64,000 nt of DNA from Octopus vulgaris (lineage: Eukaryota): the NCBI GenBank assembly GCA_951406725.2, contig OX597814.1, positions 214,086,001 through 214,150,000 on the forward strand, read 5' to 3'. Shown here one piece after another: positions 1 to 11,566 of the stretch (position 1 is the first letter of the stretch; every line of letters starts with the position of its first letter). The notes under the pieces were generated by a model. It was not told the origin of the DNA and ran no database searches. It was given only the letters and a program-made list of their open reading frames with translations. The position numbers were made by a program, and so were the translations under genes.

Positions 1-266
1 CATAACGTAGTTCTCATATTCAGCGTGACATGAGAGTGACAAGGCTGGCCCCTTGAAATACAGGTACAACAGAAACAGGAAGTAAGACTTTGTGAGAGAA
101 GTTGTGGTGAAAGAGTACAGCAGGGATCACCACCATCCCCTGTTCAGTGCCTTGTTGTTTTAGGTGTTTTCGCTCAATAAACACTCACAACGCCTGGTCT
201 GGGAATCGAAACCGCGATCCTATGACCATGAGTCCGCTGCCCTAACCACTGGGCCATTGTGCCTCC
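1..266 (-). mobile_element. tRNA-headed SINE, family C head with alternative tail
   Basis: Minus strand has A box TGGCCCAGTGG and B box GGTTTCGATTCC. Its tail (1-70) matches the repeat at 23324-23530. Confidence 0.8.
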
Positions 267-279
267 TGCCATATTCTTA

Positions 280-1196
280 GTGAGTCAACTTCCAAAGAAG
301 AAAATAACTTGCTGTATTTTCCTATGCCTACATTCATCAGTCTGGAGAAGGCCTTTGACAGAGTCCCTTGCACTATGATTTGGTGGTTGCTAAAAAAACT
401 AGAAGTAGATGAATGGTTTGTGAGGAGCAGTCATCAAAGTGAGTGGGTAATGAACTCAGTGATGAATCTATCATGCAGATGGGAGTTGATTAGGGCTCAG
501 TTCTCAGACTCCTGATTATTGTAATCTTCCCAGCCATAACAGAATTTAAGACCAGCTACCCTTGGGAACTCCTGTATACTGAGACTTAGCACATTCAGCA
601 GAATCTAGTGAAACTGGAGCAGAAGTTCCAAATAAGGATGCAAAATCTGGAATTGAAGGACCTTTAATTAAACTTAACAAAAGCAAAAATTTGGTAAGGA
701 AAATAGGACCCTTGTAGCATGAGGTAAAATGGTCATGCTTCATCTGCCAAAATGAAGTTCACTGGAATTTTATAAGGTGCACCCAGTGTAAACAACAGAC
801 ACACAAGAAGTGTAGTGGGATAACAAACAGGTTATTAATGGAAGAAGGCTTCATATCCCAGAGGTACACCAGAGCAGTAAACACTAAGAGTGCTGGGGAA
901 TTAGATTCCCTCAGATGTTCAGATGGCTCCCTAGAAGTAGTTGACAGCTTTTGTTACCCAGGGAACTTAATTAGTAGTGGGGGTAAGTATTCCAAAAGTG
1001 TGATAACTAAAATAAGAACAAGCTGGAGAAGTTCAAGGATCTCTTACTTTAATGACAACAAAGGGTTTCTCCCTCAAACTCAAATGAAGACTATATATAT
1101 GCTATTATGCAAAGTGCACTGCTATACAACAATGAGACGTGGTTCTTGAATGAAAAGTAAGATGAAATTAGGTGAGCAAGCAGTGTTAGAGTGCAG

Positions 1197-1227
<31 letters not shown>

Positions 1228-1790
1228 GTTTAACGTCCGTTTTCCGCGCTAGCACAGGTTGGACGGTCCAACCGGGGTCTGTGAAGCCAGGGGCTGCACC
1301 AGGCTCCAGTCTGATCTGGCAGAGTTTCTACAGCTGGATGCCCTTCCTAACGGCAACCACTCCGCGAGTGTAGTGGGTGCTTTTTACGTGCCACCTGCAC
1401 AGGTGCCAGGGGGGTCCGGCATCGGCCATGATCGGTTGGAGCTTTTAACGTGCCACCGGCACGGAAGCCAGCCGAGGCGGTGCTGGCAACGGCCAATGTT
1501 AAAGTATAAAAGAACTGAGAGATAAAGTGGGTATGAGAGGAATCATATGAAGTGCAAGAGAGGAGACTATGTTGGTTTAGGCAGGTGATGTGAATGGGGG
1601 ATGACAGCTGCATTAAGAAGTGCTAAGTGCTCAAAGCTGACGGCTGTGGAAGAAGCAGACCTATAGAAGCATAGGAGAAAATGGTAAAAAGGGATCTCAA
1701 GATTCTGAGTCTCTCAAAAGAGGTGCCAAGTGACTGTGACAATTGGTTATATTACATGTTGAGGCAAACATGGCAAAGGGAATGCTAACA
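280..1790 (+). mobile_element. Degenerate RTE-clade LINE (RT and C-terminus), interrupted by a family D copy
   Basis: Frameshifted peptides FISLEKAFDRVP..IWWLLKKLEVDEWFVR, YPWELLY, C..C...IRCTQCKQQTHKKCSGI, LEVVDSFCYPGNLISSGG, ERRLCWFRQVM, GRSRP, all typical of RTE ORFs. Confidence 0.85.
1198..1494 (-). mobile_element. Family D non-autonomous retroelement
   Basis: GGAAGGGCATCCAGCTGTAGAAA core, tail ...GGACGTTAAAC(GAT)n and 5' tandem units. Nested in the RTE LINE. Confidence 0.85.
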
Positions 1791-2289
1791 AGGGGAGTGT
1801 TTGAGTTGCTCTTGTTGCATCATTCTACTGCTTCCTTCTTGCCCTTAATTGCATTCATCCCCAACTCTCTCCCCTCTTCTAAAATTCCCTCCAGTCTGAA
1901 TTTTCTTTCACTGTTTTGGCTGCACTCACCTATTGTTCCCCACCCCTGCATCACAGCTTCCCTATCAATTCTCTCACCATCCTCCTCACAGCTTCTCTAT
2001 ACCATCTCAAACACTCATCTCTCCCTCTCAGCTACTCCGCATGACGCTCCCAATCCTCTCTTAATCTCGAATGCCCCTCTCTCCTCAGCTTCTCCAAATA
2101 CTTGTCCTCATCTCTTTCCATATCTCATGCCCCCTCCCACCAACACACACACACTTACCTTCAGTTCCAAGTTACCTCTTTAATGGATAGACAGAGTACA
2201 CAACAGAGGACTGTACGTCTTCCAGTAAGACTCTGTGTCATCTCATGAGGCTAGGACACGATGGGTGTGGATGCATGCCAATCTCCATG

Positions 2290-2500
2290 ATCATGTTATC
2301 CCAGGCACATGACCTCCTAACTCACTAGATCTCAATCCACTGGACTATTACGTATGGAGCATAGTGAAGAGAGAGGTCAATCAACATCCTATAACCAGCT
2401 CTAAAGCCAAAATTGATGAAGATCACCTGATTCAGACATGTCAACATTTCCAATCCCATATTGAAGCAGTCATTGATGCTAATGGTGGATCCATTAAATA
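2290..2500 (+). mobile_element. Tc1/mariner (maT-like) transposase C-terminal relic
   Basis: PPNSLDLNPLDYYVWSIVKREVNQHP and DEDHLIQTCQHFQSHIEAVIDANGGSIK* match the WPPNSPDLNPLDY motif and the usual C-terminus. Confidence 0.8.
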
Positions 2501-2627
2501 GGTGTGATAAAAAGATTCTCAAGGTTATTTGTACCAATTTGTTTTCAAATACAGTTTTCCTTTGATGAGCTAGACATCTTTTGCTAAATTCATGCAAATG
2601 ACCTAAAAAACAGATGTACGCTGTATA

Positions 2628-3014
2628 TACTCTTTTACTTATTTTAGTCATGTGACTGTAGTCATGCTGGAGCACCGCCTTTAGTCGAGCAAATCGACCC
2701 CAGGACTTATTCTTTGTAAGCCTAGTACTTATTTTATCGGTTTCTTTTGCCAGACTGCTAAGTTACGGGGATGTAAACACACCACCATCGGTTGTCAAGC
2801 GATGGTGGGGGCCAAACACAGACACACATTAATATATACATATATATATGATGGGCTTCTTTCAGTTTCCGTCTACCAAATCCACTCACAAAGGGTTTGG
2901 TTGGCCTGAGGTTGTAGTGTAGTAGACGGCACTTGCCCAGGATGCCATGCAGTGGGACTGAACCTGGAACCATGTGGTTGGGAAGCAAGTTTCTTACCAC
3001 ACAGCCATGCCTGC
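2628..3014 (-). mobile_element. SINE family A
   Basis: tRNA-like head, CTTGGGCAAGTG (CORE-like) segment, internal (TA)/(TG) microsatellite and tail CAGCATGGCCGCAGTCAAATGACTGAAAC. About 20 copies or fragments in the window. Confidence 0.85.
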
Positions 3015-3022
3015 ACACACAC

Positions 3023-3083
<61 letters not shown>

Positions 3084-3142
3084 CATCATCATCATCGTTT
3101 ATGGAAAGCGGACGCTAAACGATGATGATGATGATGTATATA

Positions 3143-3187
<45 letters not shown>

Positions 3188-3712
3188 ATATATGAATGAT
3201 ATTATCATCATCATTTAATTTCTGTCTTCCATATTGACATGGGTTGAACAGTTTCACAGAATTTTGCAGGCTAGAAGACTATCATGCTCCAATGTCTGCT
3301 TTGGCTTGATTTCAATGGCTGGATGTCTTCCCTAAAGCCAACCACACTGCAATGCTTACTGGGTGTTATTTTCCCAATTATATAGAAAGGAACAAAGCTG
3401 GATATAATATTTTCTACAAAGCATTGCTCATTTTAGAAGGTGCACCAAACCACTCAGTTGGTTATTGTTTTGATAATGTAAGAGTGGAATATTCACCCAA
3501 AACAACTTCTTTGTTCCAGTTAATGAATCAAGGTTTAATAATTAACTGCAAGGTATATTATCTAACAACCTTGAAACAACTTGGAAAAGCAACTGAAGGG
3601 GTGAGTATCCCTATAGATTGAGTCTTTTTGAAAAGGTTCCAACATTATGGATGCCTTCAGTTAGAAACAGAGTTTAGAAAGAAGTATAGCAAAATATTAT
3701 TATACCAGTAAA

Positions 3713-3968
3713 AGCAATTGCCCCAGCTCCCCTTCAGGGTTGGCGGACAACGAAAAACCTGGCTGATGACAGTCAAGGCTGATCTGGAACCCAACCTAGG
3801 CCCCCATATCTACGGCATTTGCCACTGGAATAAGGAGTGGTTGGAGATCATGCGGTCGTTAGCCTCAAATCGCCAGGCCTGATCGGCGTTTGTGAGAGAT
3901 GCAGCATTGAGGATGAATGAAGCCAGCTCAACCCACCCCAGGTGAATGCTGTCTCAAGACAAGAAGAG
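3713..3968 (+). mobile_element. 5'-truncated RTE-type LINE 3' end
   Basis: QRKTWLMTVKADL..NRQA*SAFVRD, GAA-type tail, and 11-bp TSD ATACCAGTAAA (3702-3712, 3969-3979). Confidence 0.85.
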
Positions 3969-4274
3969 ATACCAGTAAAGGATTCAGGGATTGAAGAAGT
4001 TGTACATGATGTGGTTAAGTAGCTAGGGTCCCATTGAGAATGAGGAGCTGATGTGGTTAGATCAAGGCCAAGCTGCAGGACAAGAAGATATAGAAACCCC
4101 ACCTACCACTTCAGATGTTGCAAAGAATATGGCTATGGAGTTGGCATGGCACTTCCATTAGAAGGTTTGCATGTCTTGGCAAACACGGCTGATCCTAATC
4201 ATAAACATAACAAAAGAATTACAAGAGTTCATAATGAGCTCAGTTCCCACACTGAGCTGTACAAAGAGATGGTG

Positions 4275-5128
4275 TCTTCTTCTTGTCTTGAGACAGCATT
4301 CACCCAGGGTGGGTTGAGCTGGCTTCATTCATCCTCAATGCTGCATCTCTCACAAACACCGATCAGGCCTGGTGATTTGAGGCTAATGACCGTGTGATCT
4401 CCAACAACTCCCTATTCCAGCGGTGAACGCCGTAGATATGGGGGCCTAGGTTGGGTTCCAGATAAGCCTTGACTGTCATCAGCCAGGTTTTTCATTGTCC
4501 ACCACGTCGCTTTCGCCAACCCTGAAGGGGAGCTGGGGCAATTGCTTTGTAGATGAATTCTGGTTGACGACGGAGGGCATGACCCAGCCAACGCAGACGT
4601 CTCATTAGGATGACTTGTCGGAGGGAGGTGATTTTGCACTGGTGTCGCACAGAATTGTTGGAGACAAAGTGATGCCATCGGACACGAAGGATGCACTGAT
4701 CAAATCTTCACCCTAAGACGAATCCTCAAACACCGTTGGTGCTTTCAGCAAAAAACAGTCATCTGCTTTGTTGATTTTGCTGTTGCATTCGACTCCATCG
4801 ATCGTGACACCCCCTGGAAGGTCATGCAGGCAGATGGTATTAAGGCAACGAGCTGGCAGAGACGTTAGCACGCCGGACGGAATGCTTCATGGTATTTCGT
4901 CTGCTGTTACGTTCTGAGTTCAAATTCCGCCGAGGTGGGTGTAATCGACTTAATCCGTTTGTCTGTCCTTGTTTGTCCTCTCTGTGTTTAGCCCCTTGTG
5001 GGTAGTAAAGAAATAGGTATCCCACCTAAACTTCTCAATCTTATCAAAGCTTATTACCGCTCAACAAGATCCCACGTATGCGTGTACGGTGAAGTGTCGG
5101 AACCCTTCAAAATACAGTCTGGTGTTCG
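4275..5128 (-). mobile_element. RTE-type LINE with inverted 5' segment (twin-priming structure)
   Basis: 4275-~4685 is the minus-strand 3' end (RRLRWLGHALRR). ~4685-5128 is plus-strand RT (GCTDQIFTLRRIL..FVDFAVAFDSIDR..GVRQ). 14-bp TSD ACAAAGAGATGGTG at 4261-4274 and 5129-5142. Confidence 0.85.
4841..5020 (+). mobile_element. SINE family B, internally deleted, nested in the LINE
   Basis: Head GAGCTGGCAGA..GTTAGC, B box GAGTTCAAATTCC, tail AAAGAAATAGGTAT. It interrupts ADGI|PPKLL. Confidence 0.85.
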
Positions 5129-5340
5129 ACAAAGAGATGGTGCACTGTAAATGTCAAACAACTTTGGATATGTTCTTCCCTCCTGCAGCATATGTTGCTG
5201 TTGCAGCAAAAGATAGTCTCACATCTTCTCATCGAACCACCACCTATCACATAGTAGTCAACATCATTTGAAGTAAATATGTAACTGTATTTTTTTATTG
5301 ATTCTCTAATGTGTATCTCCTCAAATGGTTTCATGTATAT

Positions 5341-5742
5341 AGTGGCTGTGTGGTAAGTAGCTTGCTAACCAACCACATGGTTCCGGGTTCAATCCCACTG
5401 CGTGGCATCTTGGGCAAGTGTCTTCTGCTACAGCCCCGGGCCGACCAATGCCTTGTGAGTGGATTTGGTAGACGGAAACTGAAAGAAGCCTGTCGTATAT
5501 ATGTATATATATATATGTATGTGTGTGTGTTTGTGTGTCTGTGTTTGTTCCCCTAGCATTGCTTGACAACCGATGCTGGTGTGTTTACGTCCCCGTCACT
5601 TAGCGGTTCGGCAAAAGAGACCAATAGAATAAGTACTGGGCTTACAAAAAGAATAAGTCCCGGGGTCGAGTTGCTCGACTAAAGGCGGTGCTCCAGCATG
5701 GCCGCAGTCAAATGACTGAAACAAGTAAAAGATTAAAAGAGT
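5341..5742 (+). mobile_element. SINE family A
   Basis: Near full-length match to the other A copies. Confidence 0.9.
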
Positions 5743-5989
5743 AATAAACATTTAAAATTTTTTTATAAAATTTCACTTTCCTAAAATATCTTTATTGTAA
5801 AGAACAATATCCTGTTGGATTTTGACTGGCAGGAGATTTTGTCTGAGCGGAGGAGAAAGATTTTGTCCAGGGTGTGGGGGGTTGTCCTAGAACCATTTTT
5901 AACATACCATGTCCACAAGAGATATTATCACAGAACAAATATCTCAGTAACTGGCCTATCAAAAGTGTATATACATTAACTTATGTTAC

Positions 5990-6445
5990 ATTCTTTTGCT
6001 TGCTTCAGTCATTTGACAGCAGCCATGCTGGAGCACTGCCTTAAAGAGATTTTAGTCAAAGAAATCGACCTCAGGACCTATTCTTTGTAAGCCTAGTACT
6101 TATTACATCGGTCTCTTTTGCCGAACTGCTAAGTTACGGAGACATAAACTGACCAGCATCGGTTGTGAAGCAATGACAGTGGGGACAAATACAGACACAC
6201 ACACAAATACATACATATATATATACGGGTGTGTGTGTGTGTGTATATATATATATTTATATACACACACACACATACACATATATACACAACGGGCTTC
6301 TTTCATCTTCCATCTACCAAATTCACTCACAAGGCTGTGGTTGGCCCGAGGCTGTAGCAGAAGACACTTGCCCAAGGTGCCACGCAGTGGGACTGAACCC
6401 AGAACCCTATGGCTGGGAAGCAAGCTTCTTAGCACAGAGCCATGT
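5990..6445 (-). mobile_element. SINE family A, inverted relative to 5341-5742
   Basis: Full-length, more diverged copy. Confidence 0.85.
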
Positions 6446-6979
6446 CAGCTATTTAAATATAATACTGCCTCAATTGTGTATATCAGGTTTTTTTATTCAG
6501 CTGGGCAGCTATTTGTAACATCAGTGAATGCTTTATTCTCCTGTATCAAAGGCAAAAAACTATTACCTGAGCAGAAGGTTGGCTGCATGTATATGCCATA
6601 GAAAAGGCCCAAAATAGCTGAAATGCCTTTGGTACTTTCACTGGCCACTGCTGGGACAAATTTTTGTCTCCCTCCAATATTTATTGTTTTAAACTTAACA
6701 TGTCCATAAGAGATGTTATCTCAGGGCAAATACAGCAGCAACTGGCCTATCAACAGTAGATATACATTAATTATGATGCATAGATGTCTCTCACTCTGTG
6801 TGAACATATATGTACGGTATTAGGAAGGGCATCCAGCCGTAGAAATCATGCCAAAATGAGTCCTGAGGCTTGATGGATCCTGTCAAACCGTCCTCTCCCA
6901 TATCATCATGCAAACTGGGCATTAAATGATGATGGTGATATATTACACACACAGACAACATACACACATGCATATACGA

Positions 6980-7216
<237 letters not shown>

Positions 7217-7530
7217 TTAGTACGTATATATGTGTATGTACACATTAGGAGTATGTTAACAGCAAATCAATTCAGTTTTGCTTCAGTATTTTCCCATTGC
7301 AAAAGCAAGTTACTTGCCATCTGTTATTGTTTTGATTGTCGCGGCTCTGACTTACATTCCTCAAATAACAATTACATTAAGTCAACAATCTCATTCTGAT
7401 TTCTTCTAACCCATCTACGAGGAGTTTTCGAGTCAAAACAATAGATTTCTGACATTTTGTAGTAATATGTACATGGAAACCATATAATTAATGGTTTGAT
7501 ATTTAAATGTATTTTTTCTAATAATATACG

Positions 7531-7879
7531 CCCCACTGCGTGGCACCTTGAGCAAGTGTCTTCTACTATAGCCCCGGGCCGACCAAAGCCTTGTGAGTGG
7601 ATTTGGTAGACGGAAACTGAAAGAAGCCCGTCGTATATATGTATATATATATGTATATGTGTGTGTGCGTGTCTGTTTGTGTTTGTCCCCCCCAGCATCG
7701 CTTGACAATCGATGCTGGTGTGTTTATGTCTCCGTAACTTAGCGGTTCGGCAAAAGAGACCGATAGAATAAGTACTGGGCTTACAAAAGAATAAGTCCCG
7801 AGGTCGAGTTGCTCGATTAAAGGTGGTGCTCCAGCATGGCCGCAGTCAAATGACTGAAACAAGTAAAAGAGTAAAGAGT
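7531..7879 (+). mobile_element. SINE family A, 5' truncated
   Basis: Begins at CCCACTGCGTGGCACCTTG and has an intact tail. Confidence 0.9.
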
Positions 7880-8191
7880 ATATTAGTAAAATATTTATTG
7901 TGGTTTAACCTAGCAACATTATTTGCACATTTATCTACCTCATAACTCCTTAAACATAATTTGCTGTGTAGATTTTTGAAATTCAATTTACTCATTTGTT
8001 TACTAAAGTAATTATCTTACGTCTGTTTACATACAAAGTTGAATCACAAAATAGATATAGTTAGATATGCTAGCAGACAACATTAAATTTCTGTTTTAAG
8101 AAATTAACTCCATCGTCTGCATAATTGCTTTATAATACTGAATCACCGGTGTGTGTATAAGCAAAATATAAACAAAATAAACAGAGAGCCG

Positions 8192-9127
8192 CTATGTGGT
8201 CGTTCGGGATGCGAGAAATAACAGCCAAATTTCTCTCAAATACACATCCTATCGTCTTCATAAAGAATGAGACTACACACTGGATAATGTTGTCCTAGTA
8301 CACTTGGTGCTCCTGATTGGAACATCTTTGATCATTAGATCTACTTAATCCCTCTATGTGGTCGTTCGGGATGCGAGAAGTAACAGCCAAATTTCTCTCA
8401 AATACACATCCTATCGTCTTCATAAAGAATGAGACTACACACTGGATAATGTTGTCCTAGTACACTTGGTGCTCCTGATTGGAACATCTTTGATCATTAG
8501 ATCTACTTAATCCCTCTATGTGGTCGTTCGGGATGCGAGAAGTAACAGCCAAATTTCTCTCAAATACACATCCTATCGTCTTCATAAAGAATGAGACTAC
8601 ACACTGGATAATGTTGTCCTAGTACACATGGTGCTCCTGATTGGAACATCTTTGACCATTAGATCTAATTAATTAACGCTGACCTGTGGTTAAATAATAG
8701 CAATAACAAAGAAACTTATTTCGACCAAGATGCAGCTAATATAACATGTAATTAGTAAACTAATTTAGGAATAGTACACTTGGTGCTCCTGATTGGAACA
8801 TCTTTGATCATTAGATCTACTTAATCCCTCTATGTGGTCGTTCGGGATGCGAGAAGTAACAGCCAAATTTCTCTCAAATACACATCCTATCGTCTTCATA
8901 AAGAATGAGACTACACACTGGATAATGTTGTCCTAGTACACTTGGTGCTCCTGATTGGAACATCTTTGATCATTAGATCTACTTAATCCCTCTATGTGGT
9001 CGTTCGGGATGCGAGAAGTAACAGCCAAATTTCTCTCAAATACACATCTCTCTCTCTTCATAAAGAATGAGACTACATACTGGATAATGTTGTCCTAGTA
9101 CACTTGGTGCTCCTGGTTGGAACATCT
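8192..9127 (+). repeat. 162-bp tandem array derived from a dispersed repeat (family E)
   Basis: Near-identical units start at 8192, 8354, 8516, 8830 and 8992. The unit resembles diverged dispersed copies at 12150-12320 (-) and 45250-45445 (+). Confidence 0.92.
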
Positions 9128-9603
9128 AATCACCAAATCCAAGTGAACCGATTTAGAAGGAACTACCGAAGAAATCTTGTTTTGATATTGGAAACGTCAA
9201 GCACTTGCACACACACACACGCAAACACACACACATAGACAGAAGCTAATTATTGTGGAGATTGTCGCCAAGAGCAAGCAAATTCTTGCCTCTCATTCAA
9301 ACGACCGGTTCGGCATAATTTGTATATTCTCTGTGAATACACATGCCACTCAAAATGTGTCGGTAATTATGCAGATATCAGCAATCACCAAATCCAAGTG
9401 AACCGATTTAGAAGGAACTACCGAAGAAATCTTGTTTTGATATTGGAAACGTCAAGCACTTGCACACACACACACGCAAACACACACACATAGACAGAAG
9501 CTAATTATTGTGGAGATTGTCGCCAAGAGCAATGCAAATTCTTGCCTCTCATTCATTAACGACCGGTTCGGCATAATTTGTATATTCTCTGTGAATACAC
9601 ATG
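9128..9603 (+). repeat. 255-bp tandem duplication
   Basis: AATCACCAAATCCAAG... starts at 9128 and 9383. The copies differ only by small indels. Confidence 0.92.
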
Positions 9604-10131
9604 AATGATAAATCCTTTATATCATAACTTAATTTTTCTAAAAAGAAATTTTGCACTAATGATTGTCAGTCGTTAATACATAGTTATAAATAATAATGAC
9701 GATATACCTATAGTGGTATGGAAACGATGGTTCTGCCACCGGATTATTAAACCTAAATGATCTTTGCCGGTGATCACATTTCCGAAAATTACTGCACTGT
9801 ACTTAGTGCTCGATAATGACCAGCAGCTAATCGATATACGAGATAATTTGCTCTGACAGAATCTATAATTGTGCATGAATATAAAACTATCCATGTGTTT
9901 GTAACTGCAATAATAATCATTAGGAAAAGCCGAACGAAGGAGAAAAGAGACAATTTCCCAATCTTTCAGTGAACATTCCATTTGTTTTCCGGTATATTTT
10001 CCGGGAAAGAAAGAAAAATATCAGACAAGACCAAAACACTATCAAAACTTTTAAGCATGTGCGACACAACTGACTGCTGCCACTTAGCTATTCATATATA
10101 GTAAGCTAAGAGTGTGTGTGTGCGTGTGTGG

Positions 10132-10172
<41 letters not shown>

Positions 10173-10199
10173 CATTTATATACAATACGCTGTGTAACC

Positions 10200-10530
10200 A
10201 ACCTACTTTCTCTCTTGCTGTCTCATTCCCTCTCTCTCTGACTCTCTTTCTTCCTCACTCCTTTTTCTCTCTGTCTCTCACTTCCTCTCTTTCTCTGAGT
10301 CTCTTTACCTCTCTCTCTGTCTCTCGTCCACCCTCTCTTCTGTCTCTCGACGTGTCTTTCGTATTCCACCACCAACACCAAAAGCGCTAAACCATCGTCG
10401 ACGGCGGAAGTATAATTCCGTGTGCTAAACCAGCTTGGCTTTAAAATTTCTTTGGAGGTCCTGTTTTATCTTATATCTTTACTTACTTTCACCTAAACTA
10501 CCTGGCTAGCTCGTATTTGTCTTGCTCATT
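10200..10530 (+). promoter_or_regulatory. Putative promoter/5'UTR of the kinase gene
   Basis: CT-rich (GAGA-type) tract ~10205-10350, CpG-rich non-repetitive DNA and an ETS-type GCGGAAGT at 10404-10411, directly upstream of the ATG exon. The TSS cannot be seen directly. Confidence 0.5.
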
Positions 10531-10667
10531 ATGAACGGTTGCAATGCCCATGTCGCCATGGGCTGTAATCGAGTGGCCGAAGAGAAAGTGGATATTTTCT
10601 CACCCCGGACGCCTATAAATACAGAACCTCTCACCTCCAAATATTCTATCCAAGGAGAACTCGGAAG
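10531..10667 (+). CDS. STK17A: First coding exon of a CAMK-group Ser/Thr kinase, most like STK17A/B (DRAK)
   Basis: ATG at 10531 with an in-frame TAG 24 nt upstream. Reads MNGCNAHVAMGCNRVAEEKVDIFSPRTPINTEPLTSKYSIQGELG-R, then a strong phase-2 donor AG|GTAAAT at 10667/10668. TEP...Y.I..ELGR matches the entry to kinase subdomain I of STK17A ([25 protein letters not shown]). Only 46 codons are visible, so A vs B, or another CAMK such as CaMKIV, is unresolved. Confidence 0.65.
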
Positions 10668-11518
10668 GTAAATGAAATTTCCTTTTTTTTTACCCACTCT
10701 TTATTTGTTCTTATTTGTTCAATCACTCATTCAACCGACAAAGAAAAAAGAAACCCTCACCTTACCTTAATGAGTATTTCCCAAATTTCAAGGTGTGCAT
10801 AACGTATACATACATGAAATAACTGATCAATATTTTTACATCTTAATTTGGAAGTTTTTTTTTTTTTTAATATTTAGTTTCATATATCATTGTGATAGTT
10901 TAGTTATATCTTGATTAAGGTTAGGTACCTGAGATGAGAAAGTGACACCTGGTAATTAAGGTTAATTGCGATTAGTTTAGTAATGTGATATTTAAACCAT
11001 GTGTTCTTTCAGCGACCAAGTTAACTGGGCATTCTTACTGTTTTGGTTCACACTTTGCTTGTTTAACGGATTTAGTTCAGGTTTAGCTTGATATTGTGGT
11101 TTGCATTCGGTTATTGTGCAATTCGGGTTGGTAGTGGGTTTGATATGTCTAAGCTCTCCGTGTGAAATTACGTTTTTGTAGTTGTAAATAAATACTCTTC
11201 CGATTATATTCAAAGATTACCGAATTTGCTTATGAAAATTGTCTTGTTTATTTGTTATGTATTTTTCTTTTGTTAATTTTCTTGCACGTTTATTAGATGT
11301 CATATGAAGTATTAAAAAAATTATGTTTACGAATTCGTTTTTCGCAAGTTTCCTGGTGTGAAATCGAGTGTTGAAACAGATATTGTTATATTTCGGGGTT
11401 TGGCAAGAATAAAAAAAAAAACCTACCATCCCGAAATATAACAACAAGGTATAAGAAAATTATTATTTAAACAAAAAACCGCAAGGGATAAAAATACATG
11501 TTTACTTTATACAAAGAA

Positions 11519-11566
11519 ACCAAACAGTCCATACCCGTATTACAATACGGGTATGGACTGTTTGGT
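11519..11566. repeat. Perfect 23-bp inverted repeat with 2-nt spacer
   Basis: ACCAAACAGTCCATACCCGTATT-AC-AATACGGGTATGGACTGTTTGGT. Confidence 0.95.

Larger units (their letters stand above)
3370..5190 (+). mobile_element. pogo/Tigger-like transposase relic split by two RTE insertions
   Basis: KALLILEGAPNH...VRVEYSPKTTSLFQLMNQGLIINCKVYY resembles LLILDNAPGH..FLPPNTTSLIQPMDQGII. C-terminal ELYKEMV|HCKCQTTLDMFF is rejoined across the 14-bp TSD. Confidence 0.75.

Noticed and set aside
1743-2183. 146-aa Ser/Pro/Leu-rich ORF (similarly 38798-39142 and 62267-62515)
   Set aside because: Low-complexity pyrimidine-rich DNA lacks stops by composition, and no domain is recognisable.
3763-3790. CTGATGA motifs at 3763, 29035 and 39113 as hammerheads
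   Set aside because: No correctly placed GAAA or helix I. The first is inside LINE coding sequence.
8192-9127. Possible CRISPR-like array (also the D units and the B tetramer)
   Set aside because: Whole units repeat with no unique spacers, the context is eukaryotic and there are no cas genes.
9673-9981. 102-aa minus-strand ORF divergent from the kinase promoter
   Set aside because: No recognisable domain or convincing splice signal. A divergent transcript is not excluded.
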